Shown: piece by piece, positions 1 through 11,894 of the stretch
Layout of the letters: each line of letters starts with the position of its first letter
How positions within the stretch are numbered: the stretch's first letter is position 1
From: Octopus vulgaris
Lineage: Eukaryota
DNA length: 64,000 nucleotides
Reading direction: 5' to 3'
NCBI GenBank assembly: GCA_951406725.2
Contig: OX597833.1
Span: forward strand, 36,456,001-36,520,000
Translations under genes and position numbers: made by a program
The notes under the pieces: generated by a model
The model's database searches: none
What the model was told of the DNA's origin: nothing
Seen by the model: only the letters and a program-made list of their open reading frames with translations

Positions 1-66
1 ATATATATATATATATAAAAGGGCGGAATGAGGATTCATCCTTTAATTGGAGTAGTTTCCAAAAGA

Positions 67-750
67 TTTCTCATACTTTACTTTGGATTTACTGGTGATA
101 AATGGTGTAGATATGAAAAGTTATATAAGTATATTAAGTATATGAGTTAAGTTATAGAACGAAGTTCAATAAATTCAGTCATCTTTTCATAAATGGAGGA
201 AGTTAGATGTTAATGTGGGACAAAATATTTATTCAATTCACTAGACGATCGTTTTGTACAGAAAGACAATAAATTCATTTTTAGAATCTGAGTTGTCAAA
301 GACTACGCATCAGTAGAACAATAAGAAAAAATAAGAACTTAATAAAGGAAACGGTGGACTTAAGAATTACATGGATATTGTGTCCTTACTGATTTTTAAT
401 GTGTAATTGTTCTAGGAGTCATGTCTATTTAAAATAATACCCATGTAGTTCTTAAGTCTACTGTTTTCTTTATTAAATTGTTATTTTTTCTTATTGTGCT
501 ACTGATGAGTTCTCTGTGACAACCGAAATTCTTAAACTGAATTTATTGACTTTCTGTACGAAACGATCGTCTTGCAAATTGAATAAATATTTTATCCCAT
601 ATCAACATCTAATCTCCTCCATTTATGAAAAATACGACTGAATTTGTCGAAGTTCGTCCTATAACTTAAATCATATACGTAATATACTTATATAACTTTT
701 CATATCTACGCCATTTAACATCAGTAAATCCAAAGTAAAGTATTAAGAAA
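67..750. mobile_element. Long inverted repeat (arms ~67-379 and ~436-750) made of two divergent hammerhead-bearing pseudo-LTR-like copies, probably Penelope-like element derived
   Basis: Arms align as reverse complements over ~310 bp with scattered mismatches; (TA)n on both sides; right arm has CTGATGA (502-508) and GAAAC-GATC-GTC (560-571), left arm has the degenerate mirror copy (~240-318, minus). Confidence 0.7.
496..576 (+). ncRNA. Type I hammerhead ribozyme-like motif (imperfect stems)
   Basis: tgcta CUGAUGA GUUC...GUAC GAAAC GAUC GUC uugca: canonical core, palindromic GAUC loop on helix III, GUC cleavage triplet. Confidence 0.6.
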
Positions 751-755
751 CAACG

Positions 756-790
<35 letters not shown>

Positions 791-791
<1 letters not shown>

Positions 792-894
792 GGCCTGCTC
801 GCTTAGCCAGCGGGGTGGCGTCATTCGAAGGCTAAAACAATGCGAACGCATTGTGTAACATCTGATGGTCTGGTCGGTCACGTGATCACGTGAT
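791..894 (+). mobile_element. 3' tail fragment of the tRNA-derived SINE seen full length at 51870-52176
   Basis: Close match ggcctgctcgcttagccagcggggtggcgtcat...ggtcggtcacgtgatcacgtgat. Confidence 0.8.
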
Positions 895-905
895 ATATGT
901 ATGTA

Positions 906-959
<54 letters not shown>

Positions 960-1029
960 TATGTATGTATGTCTGTCTGTCTGTATATGTATATAAATGT
1001 GTGTCCGGATGTCTATATATATATATAAA

Positions 1030-1261
1030 TTCTTTTACTTGTTTCAGTCATTTAACTGCGGTCATGCTGGGGCACCGCCTTTTCGTCGAATAAATCGACA
1101 CCAGAACTTGCTCTTTGAAAGACTGGTACTCATTCTAACAGCCCTTTTGCCGAACCGCCAGGTTACATGGACGTAAACATATCAACATCGGTTATCAAGC
1201 AGGGGGAGAGAAACACAGATACAAAGACACACACATAAAAATATACATTTATATATCTGTG

Positions 1262-1294
<33 letters not shown>

Positions 1295-1458
1295 AACAGG
1301 TCTCTTTCTGTTTCCATCTACCAGATCCACTTACAAGGCTTTGGTCGGGCGGAGGCTATAGTAGAAAACACATGTCCAACTTGCTACGCAGTGGGACTGA
1401 ACCCAGAAGCACGTGGTTGGGAAGGAAGCGTCTTACCACACAACCACGCATGCTCCTA
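1030..1458 (-). mobile_element. SINE family A, full length, diverged
   Basis: Reverse complement of 1920-2326 (tail gtttcagtcatt..., internal microsatellite, tRNA-like head). Confidence 0.85.
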
Positions 1459-1919
1459 TAATTCAGTACATTATACTGAATTCTTAAGCGATCTTCGAAG
1501 GAAAGAAATCTTTTGAGTGCAAATTTATCCCAAGTCTTTGAGATAGTGGAAAGTTTCACTCGTCCATGGACTATGTTCTGATGAGCTGATATATTGTAGT
1601 TCACACCAGTTGTGAGTGCCATATATATGCTTACATGCATGTTGGCTTATCCTAGTGGACTTTATTGATATATTCGATGTGTTCAAAACCGAAACTTCAT
1701 CCTGTCGCTACCCATCGGTTCTGTTTTAAATATTCTTCAATGAGATATATGTGTCTGTGTGTGCATTGTGCGTGAGTGTGTGTATTTATGTATGCACGCA
1801 TGTATGTGTATACATATACATAGATATATATGTGTATGTAATGCGTATATTTCTGCACATGAATAATGTATACATATGTGTGAGTGTGTCTGTGCTTATA
1901 TATGTATATATATATATAT

Positions 1920-2325
1920 AGGCGCAGGAGTGGCTGTGTGGTAAGTAGCTTGTGTACCAACCACATGGTACCGGGTTCAGTCCCACTGCGTGGCACCTTG
2001 GGCAAGTGTCTTCTACTATAGTCTCGGGCCGACCAAAGCCTTGTGAGTGGATTTGGTAGAAGGAAACTGAAAGAAGCCCGTCGTATATATGTATATGTAT
2101 GTATGTGTGTGTGTGCGTGTATGTTTGTTTTTGTCCCCCTAGCATTCCTTGACAACCGATGCTGGTGTGTTTATGTCCCCGTTACTTAGCGGTTCGGCAA
2201 AAGAGACTGATAGAATAAGTAGTGGGCTTACAAAGAATAAGTCCCGGGGTCGAGTTGCTCGATTAAAGGCGGTGCTCCAGCATGGCCGCAGTCAAATGAC
2301 TGAAACAAGTAAAAGGGTAAAGAGA

Positions 2326-2326
<1 letters not shown>
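1920..2326 (+). mobile_element. SINE family A (tRNA-derived head, CORE-like CCTTGGGCAAGT, internal microsatellite, TAAAAGAG-type tail)
   Basis: A-box-like TGGCTGTGTGG and B-box-like GGTTCAGTCCC; about 20 related copies in the window. Confidence 0.9.
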
Positions 2327-2362
<36 letters not shown>

Positions 2363-2468
2363 GATATATATATATGCAGATATATATGTGTGTGTGTGTG
2401 TGTAATATATGTATCTATATATGTGCGTGTATGTATATGTGCATGAATTTTTATTTAGATCGATAGAT

Positions 2469-2505
<37 letters not shown>

Positions 2506-3639
2506 GAGTCAGAGAGAGAACGTGAGAGATAATGTTATGTCGGATATCACAGAGTATTTGGAAGCTTTAAAATTATTTTTAGATCACATTTAAGCAAATT
2601 TAGTTCCATAATCCGCTGCGGAAAACGTTCATCTTATTCTATCTTTGCATAATATTACAGCATAATGTACCACATGCTTAATATTTCCTTTTTCCTTCAA
2701 CATGTGTGTGTATGTGTTTATATATATACATACATATACAGATGTATGCATTTACATAACTGTATACACAAACACACATTTATATATTATACTATATTAT
2801 ATTATGTTATATTGTATAAATACATATATATTTGTATGTTTGTGTATATATATGGTATATATATATGATGAATGACCAAAAACGAGTAAAAAAAACAAGT
2901 TGGACAAGTTGTCGCAAATATGTTATTAGTCTCACGCTTGAAAAGAAAAAGAAAAGGATCTATGACGTTTCGGAAATTAGATTCCATCATTAGACGAAAA
3001 GAAAAGAGGAAAAGTTGGTAGAAAGGGGTGGGGAGGAATACAGAAGATTGAAGGGAAATTGGTAACGTGAGTTATGCATGTATTAGAGAGTATTTGTGTA
3101 AGGCGATTGGCATAGAGGGAGGTGTTTGAGTGGTTAGCGGAGTTGAGAAAAGCATGGAGAAGACAGTGAAGAGAACGCTGTAGTAGGTGAGAGAAGATGA
3201 AACACGCACAAGGTTAAGAAAAGGTACAAAATCGAATAAAAGTGGGGAAAAATAAAAAGGCTCAGGTAAAATATCGGAAAAAAGAAAAAATCAGTCGCGC
3301 ATGAAAGATTTTGTTAAAAAGGTGAAAGGGTAGATGCAGAATGGTTAAGAAATACATATAAAGTTGGCGAAATGACTATTTCAAGAGGTCTATAGACACA
3401 CGCACACACAAAAACACGCTCATACATATAAACAAACACACATACATTATACACACACACACAAATACACACACACACATACATATAAAAGAGAGAGGAG
3501 GGAAAGAGAGAGAGAGAATATGATGCAAATAAGCAAATAAAACGGCTTTGAAGATGCTTTCTTGTTCTTTTTACGAAGTGTCCTGTCCATACATATAAAA
3601 AATTTGTATGCATTTATACTTGGAACTGTAATCAACAGT

Positions 3640-3790
3640 GAACATTGGATATGTATTATATGTGCCCATGTTCTGTTGTCAGAAGCAGGATATGTGAATC
3701 ATATGAAGTCACATGAAAATCGTAATGCCCAAATAGGTAATGATCTTGGACACCAAATGCCTCTTACGACTTATGTCATATGTCAAAAAA
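3640..3790 (+). pseudogene. C2H2 zinc-finger coding fragment, probably C-terminus of an RTE-type LINE
   Basis: CIICAHVLLSEAGYVNHMKSH fits C-x2-C-x12-H-x3-H; RTE ORFs commonly end in such a finger; no supporting exon structure seen. Confidence 0.4.
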
Positions 3791-3835
3791 CAATACAAAG
3801 ACATTCCTTCAGAATCAGATTTCAAAGGGCAAGGA

Positions 3836-4406
3836 TGATAGATGGACAACCTAAAGTGGGTAATCTAGTACTCGAGTTTCGGACTCTCCTAATACGCTTG
3901 TTATCGTAAACTCATCAGATATATTCACCGAAAGACGAATTTTAAAATATTCGTTACATCAATGCCAGTATTCAGTTGAACGCCTAGCTGTAAACTGAAC
4001 TGAGATCAGTGAAAAAGTTTTATATAAAAATTCTAAATATTATCATTGCAATACCATAGTATTATTTTCCAGCTATATAAAGCACTGTAAAGGTAGAGTA
4101 ATAAATAGAAAACAGTGGTACAACAAAGCCCCAATATTTTCTGGAAATAGCAGTCGCTAACCGTACGACGCTATGTAAAGCTTCACTGAATGTATACTGA
4201 CAAAGATGTGTGCGGGCAACGAATGTAAGCAATTTTCGTCTAACCTCTAGTAAGAACCCCGGATAGATGGAGAGCCTAGAGTGGATAATCTAGTACTCTC
4301 GGGTCGGACTCTCCTAATACGCCGGTTATCGTAAATTCGGTTAGTCCTCATCAGCTAGATTCACCGAAACACAAAATGTTAAAATATTAGTTACATCTAT
4401 GCCAGT
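3836..4406 (-). mobile_element. Retrozyme-like / pLTR-flanked element: two ~135-145 bp direct repeats (3836-3968, 4262-4406), period ~425 bp, each with a type I hammerhead
   Basis: Minus-strand consensus of the two copies: aaucuag CUGAUGA GGACU...AGUCC GAAAC UCGA GUA cuagauu. Confidence 0.7.
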
Positions 4407-4429
4407 GGGTGTGTCTGTGTGTGTGTGTA

Positions 4430-4675
4430 TTCTTTTATTTTTTCTTTTATTTTTTTATTTGTTTCAGTCATTTGAGTGTGACCATGATGGAGCACCGCCT
4501 TTAATCGAACAAATCGACTCCAGGACTTATTCTTTCTGAGCCTAGTACTAATTCTATCGGTCTCTTTTGCTGAACCGCTAAGTTACGGGGACGTAAACAC
4601 ACAAGCATCGGTTGTTAAGCGATGGGAGAACAAACACACACACATGCACGCACGCACACATGCACGCACGTACAC

Positions 4676-4772
<97 letters not shown>

Positions 4773-4938
4773 CATGACGGGTTTCTTTCAGTTTCCGTCT
4801 ACCAAACCTACTCACAAGGCTTTGGTCGGCTCGAAGCTATATTAGAAGACGCTTGTCCAAGGTGCCATGCAGTGGGACTGCACCCGGAACCATGTGGTTG
4901 GTAAGCAAGCTACTTACCGCACAGCCACTCCTACGCCT
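4430..4938 (-). mobile_element. SINE family A, full length with expanded internal (CA)n/(TA)n
   Basis: Reverse complement match to 1920-2326. Confidence 0.9.
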
Positions 4939-4949
4939 AAGTGTGAGAC

Positions 4950-5055
4950 GCTTACAGCACCTAGGTTTCCCAAGCGGTCACCCATCTAAGTACTCACTAG
5001 GCTCGACATTGCTTAACTTCGGTGATCGGACGAGAACCAGTGCTTTCAACGTGGT
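4950..5055 (-). pseudogene. 5S rRNA pseudogene, missing roughly the first 12 nt and the oligo-T terminator
   Basis: Minus strand ACCACGTTGAAAGCACTGGTTCTCGTCCGATCACCGAAGTTAAGCAATGTCGAGCC...AGTACTTAGATGGGTGACCGCTTGGGAA...GTGCTGTAAGC matches metazoan 5S including boxes A and C. Confidence 0.9.
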
Positions 5056-5059
5056 CCCA

Positions 5060-5790
5060 GATAGCAGATAACAATGGCTTCTGTAAGAAAACATGCTCGT
5101 TAAAGAATAGAAATGTAATTTCGGAACCCTAGGTTGACAGATCATTCTAGTATCACTGTATATCAAAGTAGGTCTAACAGAACAGTGAAGGCTTTGAACA
5201 ACGAAGGGGACTGCTTTGCCTACATATGCAGAAAATATGTTGCGTTGAGCATGGAAAAGCTAAAAGCTTGTATTTAAGAGGGGTCAAAAAACAAGGAACT
5301 CATGAAAGACCCACATTTTTCAAGATTCAAAGAACAATACTGAGGTTGTAAAAAAATTTCTTGGGAGTCATAAAGCAGATAACAGTTTCACCAAGATTTA
5401 AGAACTATGAAAGAAAGATTCCGAGTACCCTGGTCCAGCTCAAAATGTGTCTGAAACGCCGATTTTGTGACACGTCTGAGTAAATGAACATTATATCATT
5501 GATAACGTTTTACCCTTTTGTCACTATTATCTGATTCTATTAATGTAATTTAATCATAAACATCATCTTGTGTAAAGTTATGGTTTTCGTCTTATTTTTT
5601 CCAAAGGCAACAATAATGATTTGTAGCCGTTAAACCTTTTGCTTTTATATACATAGGAATTAGGGGTATAGCATGTCTCCATAACTAGAGCTGATAGAGA
5701 AAAAAACTGATGACATATCTAGAATCAGCAAATAAAATTTACTTAAAAACAGATCTATCTCAAGCATCAAATCTTGTCATCTCCAATGTG
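5060..5790 (+). mobile_element. Decayed, internally deleted Chapaev3-like (CMC superfamily) DNA transposon, right part
   Basis: Frameshifted peptides SLYIKVGLTEQ, VKALNNEGDCFAYIC, LSMEKLKACI, VVKKFLGSHKADN, QFHQDLRTMKER resemble PLHIKLGLMKQFVKAL...FLGNxKA...ERFHQD; ends in ...GTG at ~5790. Confidence 0.6.
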
Positions 5791-5811
5791 ATATATATTA
5801 TCAAAAATTAT

Positions 5812-5859
<48 letters not shown>

Positions 5860-5960
5860 ACAGAAGTAAATAGACACTCTTATAATTTCCAAAATTTATT
5901 TAAATCTGAAATTATGCATTCAAATTATTTATCAACTATTATAATATGAATATCTAATAT

Positions 5961-6880
5961 TTAGTGGACTTGCCCTATTAAGCATGCTATTAGGACCCTA
6001 TTAGGCTTGCTACTGATCGGATGATAAATATTCTCTTGGGGAATTTCTTGCCAAGTTTCATGCAGTAATCTCAAAAGATCTGGCTTTGAAGATGCTTTCT
6101 TGTTCTTTTTACAAAGTGTCCTGTCCATTATGCCCCAGGTGTGTTCAATAGGGTTCATATCTGGTAACTGACTTGCCACTTTCTTCCAACCAATCTTGGA
6201 TATTTTTCACCATGTGACAAAGAGCCATAAAAAATGCTTTAATCATTTCACCACTGGAGAAGATTGGAGGGAGTCCTTTCTGCAATGTGGACAAATATTT
6301 ATCTGAGTTTATGCTTCCCTCACACTCCACCAGCTCTGATCAACCATTGCTCCAAATTACTCTCTAGGCCATCAAAAAATAGCTTCCGTGTTTCGTTGTT
6401 GGCTGCAATCTTTTCACGTCAGAAAATACAGCAAATCTGGACTCATCAGAGAATATGGGAGTATCCCAAAATGCTAGTGGCCTCTCCACCATCTCATTGG
6501 CCCAATCTTTTCTCTGCTGGTCGAAGAAGTTGCTTCTTTCTTGCTGCTCTGCCATAGTAACCAAGTTTGTGGAAAATACCTGAAAACTGTTCTGGAACTG
6601 ACATCAACTTGTTCTATGTGAGAGGCCTTGCAACGAGGATATCCTCCATATTTCTTTTAACAAAGTAAAGAGTCCTATCAGAAGGCTCCGATCGACTTGT
6701 ACGAGGTGATGTGGACTTATTCCCTTCTCTGGTGAATTACACAATCACACTATTAACAGTAGAAAGCGGGATCCCAAGGTTTCCTCCGACTTTACACTGG
6801 CTAAGTCCACATTCAGACTGACGCACAACAGAGCCTCCTTGAAATTTGGACAATTCCAAGGCTTTTTTTGTACGTGATTA
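5961..6880 (-). mobile_element. Tc1-like transposase pseudogene
   Basis: IFSDESRF (first catalytic D), INSDKYLSTLQ, SQLPDMNPIEHTW (SPDLNPIE-like), N-terminal HTH-like segment; several frameshifts. Confidence 0.85.
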
Positions 6881-7228
6881 AACAGTCAGATATAGAACCT
6901 GAAACATAAAAATGTCAATTAATAGAAAATATAAACCTTTTCAAGTAAAAATAAACATAAAACGATGGCGTGTCAATTTACCTCTGTCATGTCTATGTAT
7001 GTATTACATGTGTATATGTGTATGTGTGAGTGTGTGTGTATGAATAGATGGATAGATAATCTTGTATATATGTATATCTGATTTATATATATATATACAC
7101 ACACACATATGCGCGCGCATGCTATTTGTTAAAATTTTCCAGGGCTGCTTTGTGCGTGAAAAGCATATATAATACTTTCATACACGCACTCAGACACACA
7201 CACACACACACTCACAGTCACACATACA

Positions 7229-7275
<47 letters not shown>

Positions 7276-7498
7276 ACACACAGTTGCACATACCCTCACC
7301 CCCTTTTCTCCCTATACGCCTAATAACACAAAAGCCGAGAAAGTGTTGTCTGTGTCTATTACGAACTTGATGTCAGCGGATTTTCGGCTGCTGGGTTAAT
7401 GATGGTAGGTCAAGTTGACCCAACTGATTATTCACCTATTCCACCCCGCACTTCTCCAAAACACCCCAAGTCTCCATCCTACCGCCCACTCCACTCAC

Positions 7499-7523
7499 CT
7501 CCAACACAAACTACCTTTGCCAT
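7499..7523 (-). CDS. Candidate first coding exon (MAKVVCVG, phase-1 intron) of an unidentified host gene
   Basis: ACAATGG start context followed 25 nt later by consensus donor GAG|GTGAGT, in non-repetitive sequence; no downstream exon identified. Confidence 0.3.
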
Positions 7524-7736
7524 TGTCAAAGTCAAACAGTTGCAAGAGGTGCTTGGAGTGGAGTGTCCGTTAGAATGCTTGTTGGAGTTGAAGTCGGCTG
7601 TCCACTCGAGTGCTTGGCTAGAGTTAGTGCTAACGGATTGTCGTCTGTTGTTGTCGTCTTTGCCGTTGTCGTTGTTGTTGTTATTAATATTGTTGTTGTT
7701 ATTAATATTATTGTGCTGTTATTATTATTCTTCCTA

Positions 7737-7784
7737 ATGTTATGGCTGCTGTGTTTGATTTTTTTATTATGGCGACGGCGCCCA

Positions 7785-7837
<53 letters not shown>

Positions 7838-8031
7838 TGTGCGTGCGCGCGCGCGCGTATGTGTGTGCATGTCTAAGTCTGTGTGTGTTGGTGCGTGTGT
7901 CTGTGTATATCTATCTCTGTATGTGTGCATGTGTGTTAGTGTGTGTGTCTATATTTGCGTATGTGCAAGCGTATGTGTGTGTATGTTATGGCTGCTGTGT
8001 TTGATTTTTTTTATTATGGCGACGGCGCCCA

Positions 8032-8080
<49 letters not shown>

Positions 8081-8235
8081 CGCGTGTGTGTTCATGTCTA
8101 AGTCTGTGTGTGTATGCGTGTGTGTTGGTGCGTGTGTCTCTGAACGTGTGTCTGTGTGTATCTATCTCTGTATGTGTGCATGTGTGTGTGTGTGTGTGTC
8201 TATATTTGCGTATGTGCAAGCGTATGGGTGTGTAT
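7737..8235. repeat. Tandem duplication (~245-bp unit) of a (GT)n-rich block
   Basis: atgttatggctgctgtgtttgatttttttattatggcgacggcgcccattctgtgtg...tatatttgcgtatgtgcaagcgtatg occurs at ~7737 and ~7983. Confidence 0.8.
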
Positions 8236-8865
8236 GTGTGCATTGTGATCGCTTGTGTATCTGTTTGAGCGAATGTGTTGTATTCGTGTGTAGTTTGGTT
8301 TGTTGTGTGTATGTTATCCTTTACGCGCATGCGTGTTTGTGTTGGTAAAACAACTACAAGGGGACAACAGAAGCGGGTAGATTTGTGTGTAGGTAAGTTT
8401 GTGTGAGAATGGGGTGCGAGATATGTGTGCTTATGAGTGTGTGTTTGTGTGTATGTGTGTGTGTATGTGTAAGTATGCATGTATGTATGTGGGTATGCGC
8501 ATATGGGTATAGTCGAGAAAAGAATGGATTCTGTTGGCGTGGGATACCTGTCTGCGCGCGAGTGTGCGTGTGTACGTGCGTGCGCATGTATGTGCGTGTG
8601 TGTGTGTGCGTGTGTAGGGTATCAAGGAAAGATATGCGTCTGTGTGTCCGAGTATAAGACGGGTGCGTTTGTGTGTATGCATCTTCGTAACCAGGTTTAC
8701 GCTTGGGTGTAAGTGTGGGTGTATGTCTGTATGTCTGGAGATCGGTTCATGTATTTATACATACATGTAAATGCATGGTTATGTAAATGCATTCTTGTGT
8801 ATGTGTGTGGAGGTGTGTGGAGGTGTGTATCTATCTATCTATCTATCTATACATATATATATATA

Positions 8866-9092
8866 TGGCGGCGAGCTGGCAGAAACGTTAGCGCCCCGGG
8901 CGAAATGCTTAGCGGTATTTCGTCTGACGTTACGTTCTGAGTTCAAATTCCGCCGAGGTAGACCTTGCCTTTCATCCTTTCGGGATCGATAAATAAAGTA
9001 CCAGTTTCGCACTGGGGTCGATGTAATCGACTTAATCCCTTTGTCTGTCCTTGTTTGTCCCCTCTATGTTTAGGCCCTTGTGGGTAGTAAAG

Positions 9093-9096
<4 letters not shown>
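8866..9096 (+). mobile_element. SINE family B (Nin/Deu-domain-like), full length
   Basis: ggcggcgagctggcagaa head, GAGTTCAAATTCC B-box, GCCTTTCATCCTTTCGGG.TCGATAAA..AAGTACCAG core; flanked by (TA)n. Confidence 0.85.
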
Positions 9097-9137
<41 letters not shown>

Positions 9138-9500
9138 TACACACGCACACATATATATATATATATACATATACGTATATATATATATAAATATATACAC
9201 ACACAATACCTTTATATATATTCACATATGTATATGATATATATGTATGTATATATATATGTGTGTGTAAGTATGTATGTATGTATATATATATATATAT
9301 GTATATATATACGTATGTATGTATGTATGTATGTATGTATGTATGTATATATATATATGTGTGTGTATACGTATGTATGTATGTATGTATGTATGTATGT
9401 ATGCATGTATGTATGTATGTGTGCATGTATGAACGCAAGTATGTATGTATGTGTGCTTGCATGCATGTCTCTTGAAATTTATGCATACACACAAACGCAC

Positions 9501-9561
<61 letters not shown>

Positions 9562-9894
9562 TTATATACGTGCTCACATAATGCATATATATGTTTGTAT
9601 GTGTGTGAATGAGTGTGTGTGTGTGTCTATGTGTGTGTATGTATACAGCTGTGTGAATGGTATGTATACGAATGATTAGGCAGTATGGCGATGGTGGTAG
9701 AGGTAGAGAGGGTATCATCAGGTTAAAGCTATAAAACTGTCGTTCACGCACATAAAAAAAGAGATGGTGATGGTAGTGGTGGTGATGCTGGTGGTGGTGG
9801 TGGCGGTGGTGGTGGTGGTAGTGGTGGCGGTGTTTTGCGGGGGAGATGAAATGAACGGGGACGTAGGAACTGGGTGAGAGAGGGAGAGAGAAAA

Positions 9895-9926
<32 letters not shown>

Positions 9927-11310
9927 AGGCGTCTGGGGTGAATGAAGAGGGAGATGTTAGATGGTGGAGGCGGGGATGGGTGTAGAGTGGAAATACACGC
10001 TATCTTTATATGTTTTATCACCACATTCATCCGCACAATTCAAGTTCAGACGTACAGACGTAACATCTCTTCAAACATTTGCTTAAACAGACATACGTAC
10101 ACAGATACGCAAAACTTGACGATAAATGTCTACTTCACATTCACACATTCCGTTTTACACTTAGGCACACAGTAACACATGCAACACCTATTGACCGAGG
10201 AAATGGCGGACGGAAGTAAATATTATATAATTCGTGTACACACGTATTAATAACCTTAAAAGCATAAATGGATATACGCATGTTCACACACCCACGTGTG
10301 TGAATGACAGAGCAAATGGACGGTAACTTTAGAGACATACACACATATGCGTATATGCATGCATACACACATACATACATACATGTATACACACATACGT
10401 ATATACATGCATGCAGATATATGCATATATACATATATACACATGCGCACAGAACACACACGTTAAACATGCATCCAAAAGAGGAAAAAAATATCACGCA
10501 TCTATACACATATGCACATATATATATATTCATATGTATGCAGCACACTAGCATAAGGACACATCTACTCACACATAAGACACCCACACTCCTAAAACAC
10601 ACACAAATATACACACAAGTATGCTTACTAATGTAGACACGTACACACGTGTACACACAGGTATTCGGGGTGACTTAAAATGGCAGCTAACACTTCCTAA
10701 TTTATTCGTAATTTTGTATATGCTGTCATTTCATTCATTTCCTTCTCACTTATTCACTCTTTCACTTACTCTTTGACGCACTTATTCTCTCATTTACTCG
10801 TTCATTCAGTTACTTATTCATTTTCCCACTCATTCCCGAACTCTTTCTTTCATTCAATCATTCTTCCCTCAACTATTTCTTTGTTCCACTTACTGATATT
10901 TTACGTATTCGTTCCTTTCATTCATGTACTCATTCACCTTATTCATTTACTTATTGTTTTACTCATGCAATATATAATTAACTCTCTCCTTCCTTCACGC
11001 TGTCATACATTTATTCATTCATCTATTTCCGGTATCGGAAAAGGCTTCCTGTATAAACACATATATGTATATTGATATATTTGTACATACTCATAGGCAC
11101 TTAGACGTTTCGGCTTGCTCACTTTCATCACACTGTCTGAGAAAAGTGAGCAAAGCGAAACTTAGAAGTCACTCCCAACATTTTCCTTTACAAACGGTAA
11201 AAGATATGCACCCTGTATTCAATAGAAAGTATTGAATAAAGTTTCAGTCTAGTATCAAATTGTTTTTATATAAAAACATAAAAACAAACATGAATATATA
11301 AATGTATACA

Positions 11311-11533
11311 CTTTTACTCTTTTACTTGTTTCAGTCATTTGACTGTGGCCATGCATGAGCACCGCTTTTATTCGAGCAAATAGACCCCAGGACATATTCT
11401 TTGCAAGCCTAGTACTTATTCTATCGGTTTCTTTTGTCTAACCGCTAAGTTACGGGGACGTAAACACACCAGCATCGGTTGCCAAGCGATGTTGGGGCGA
11501 GAAACACAGACACAGAAACATATATACACGCAT

Positions 11534-11631
<98 letters not shown>

Positions 11632-11894
11632 TAAATAAATGGAATCGAACGCAGATGTTATTTACTTATACTATACAAATTACTGCACATTAACCCGGAG
11701 TTTCTACCTTTGAATAGGTCGCTACATCCTCGTTACTTGCGTGAATTTTGCTACGCTGGTAACTGTTTATTGAATTTTCCATGTTAACTGTAAACAAAAG
11801 ATAATTCATTCATCCATTTATATATATATGGGACTGAACCCGGAACCATGTGGTTGGTAAGCAAGCTACTTACCACACACCTACTCCTACGCCT
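11311..11894 (-). mobile_element. SINE family A, interrupted by microsatellites and a ~190-bp unrelated insert
   Basis: Tail 11311-11520 and head 11830-11894 match family A. Confidence 0.75.

Noticed and set aside
1786-2145. Recurrent peptide QIHSQGFGRPEAIVEDTCPRCHAVGLNPEPCGW in many ORFs
   Set aside because: It is the antisense translation of SINE A, not a gene family
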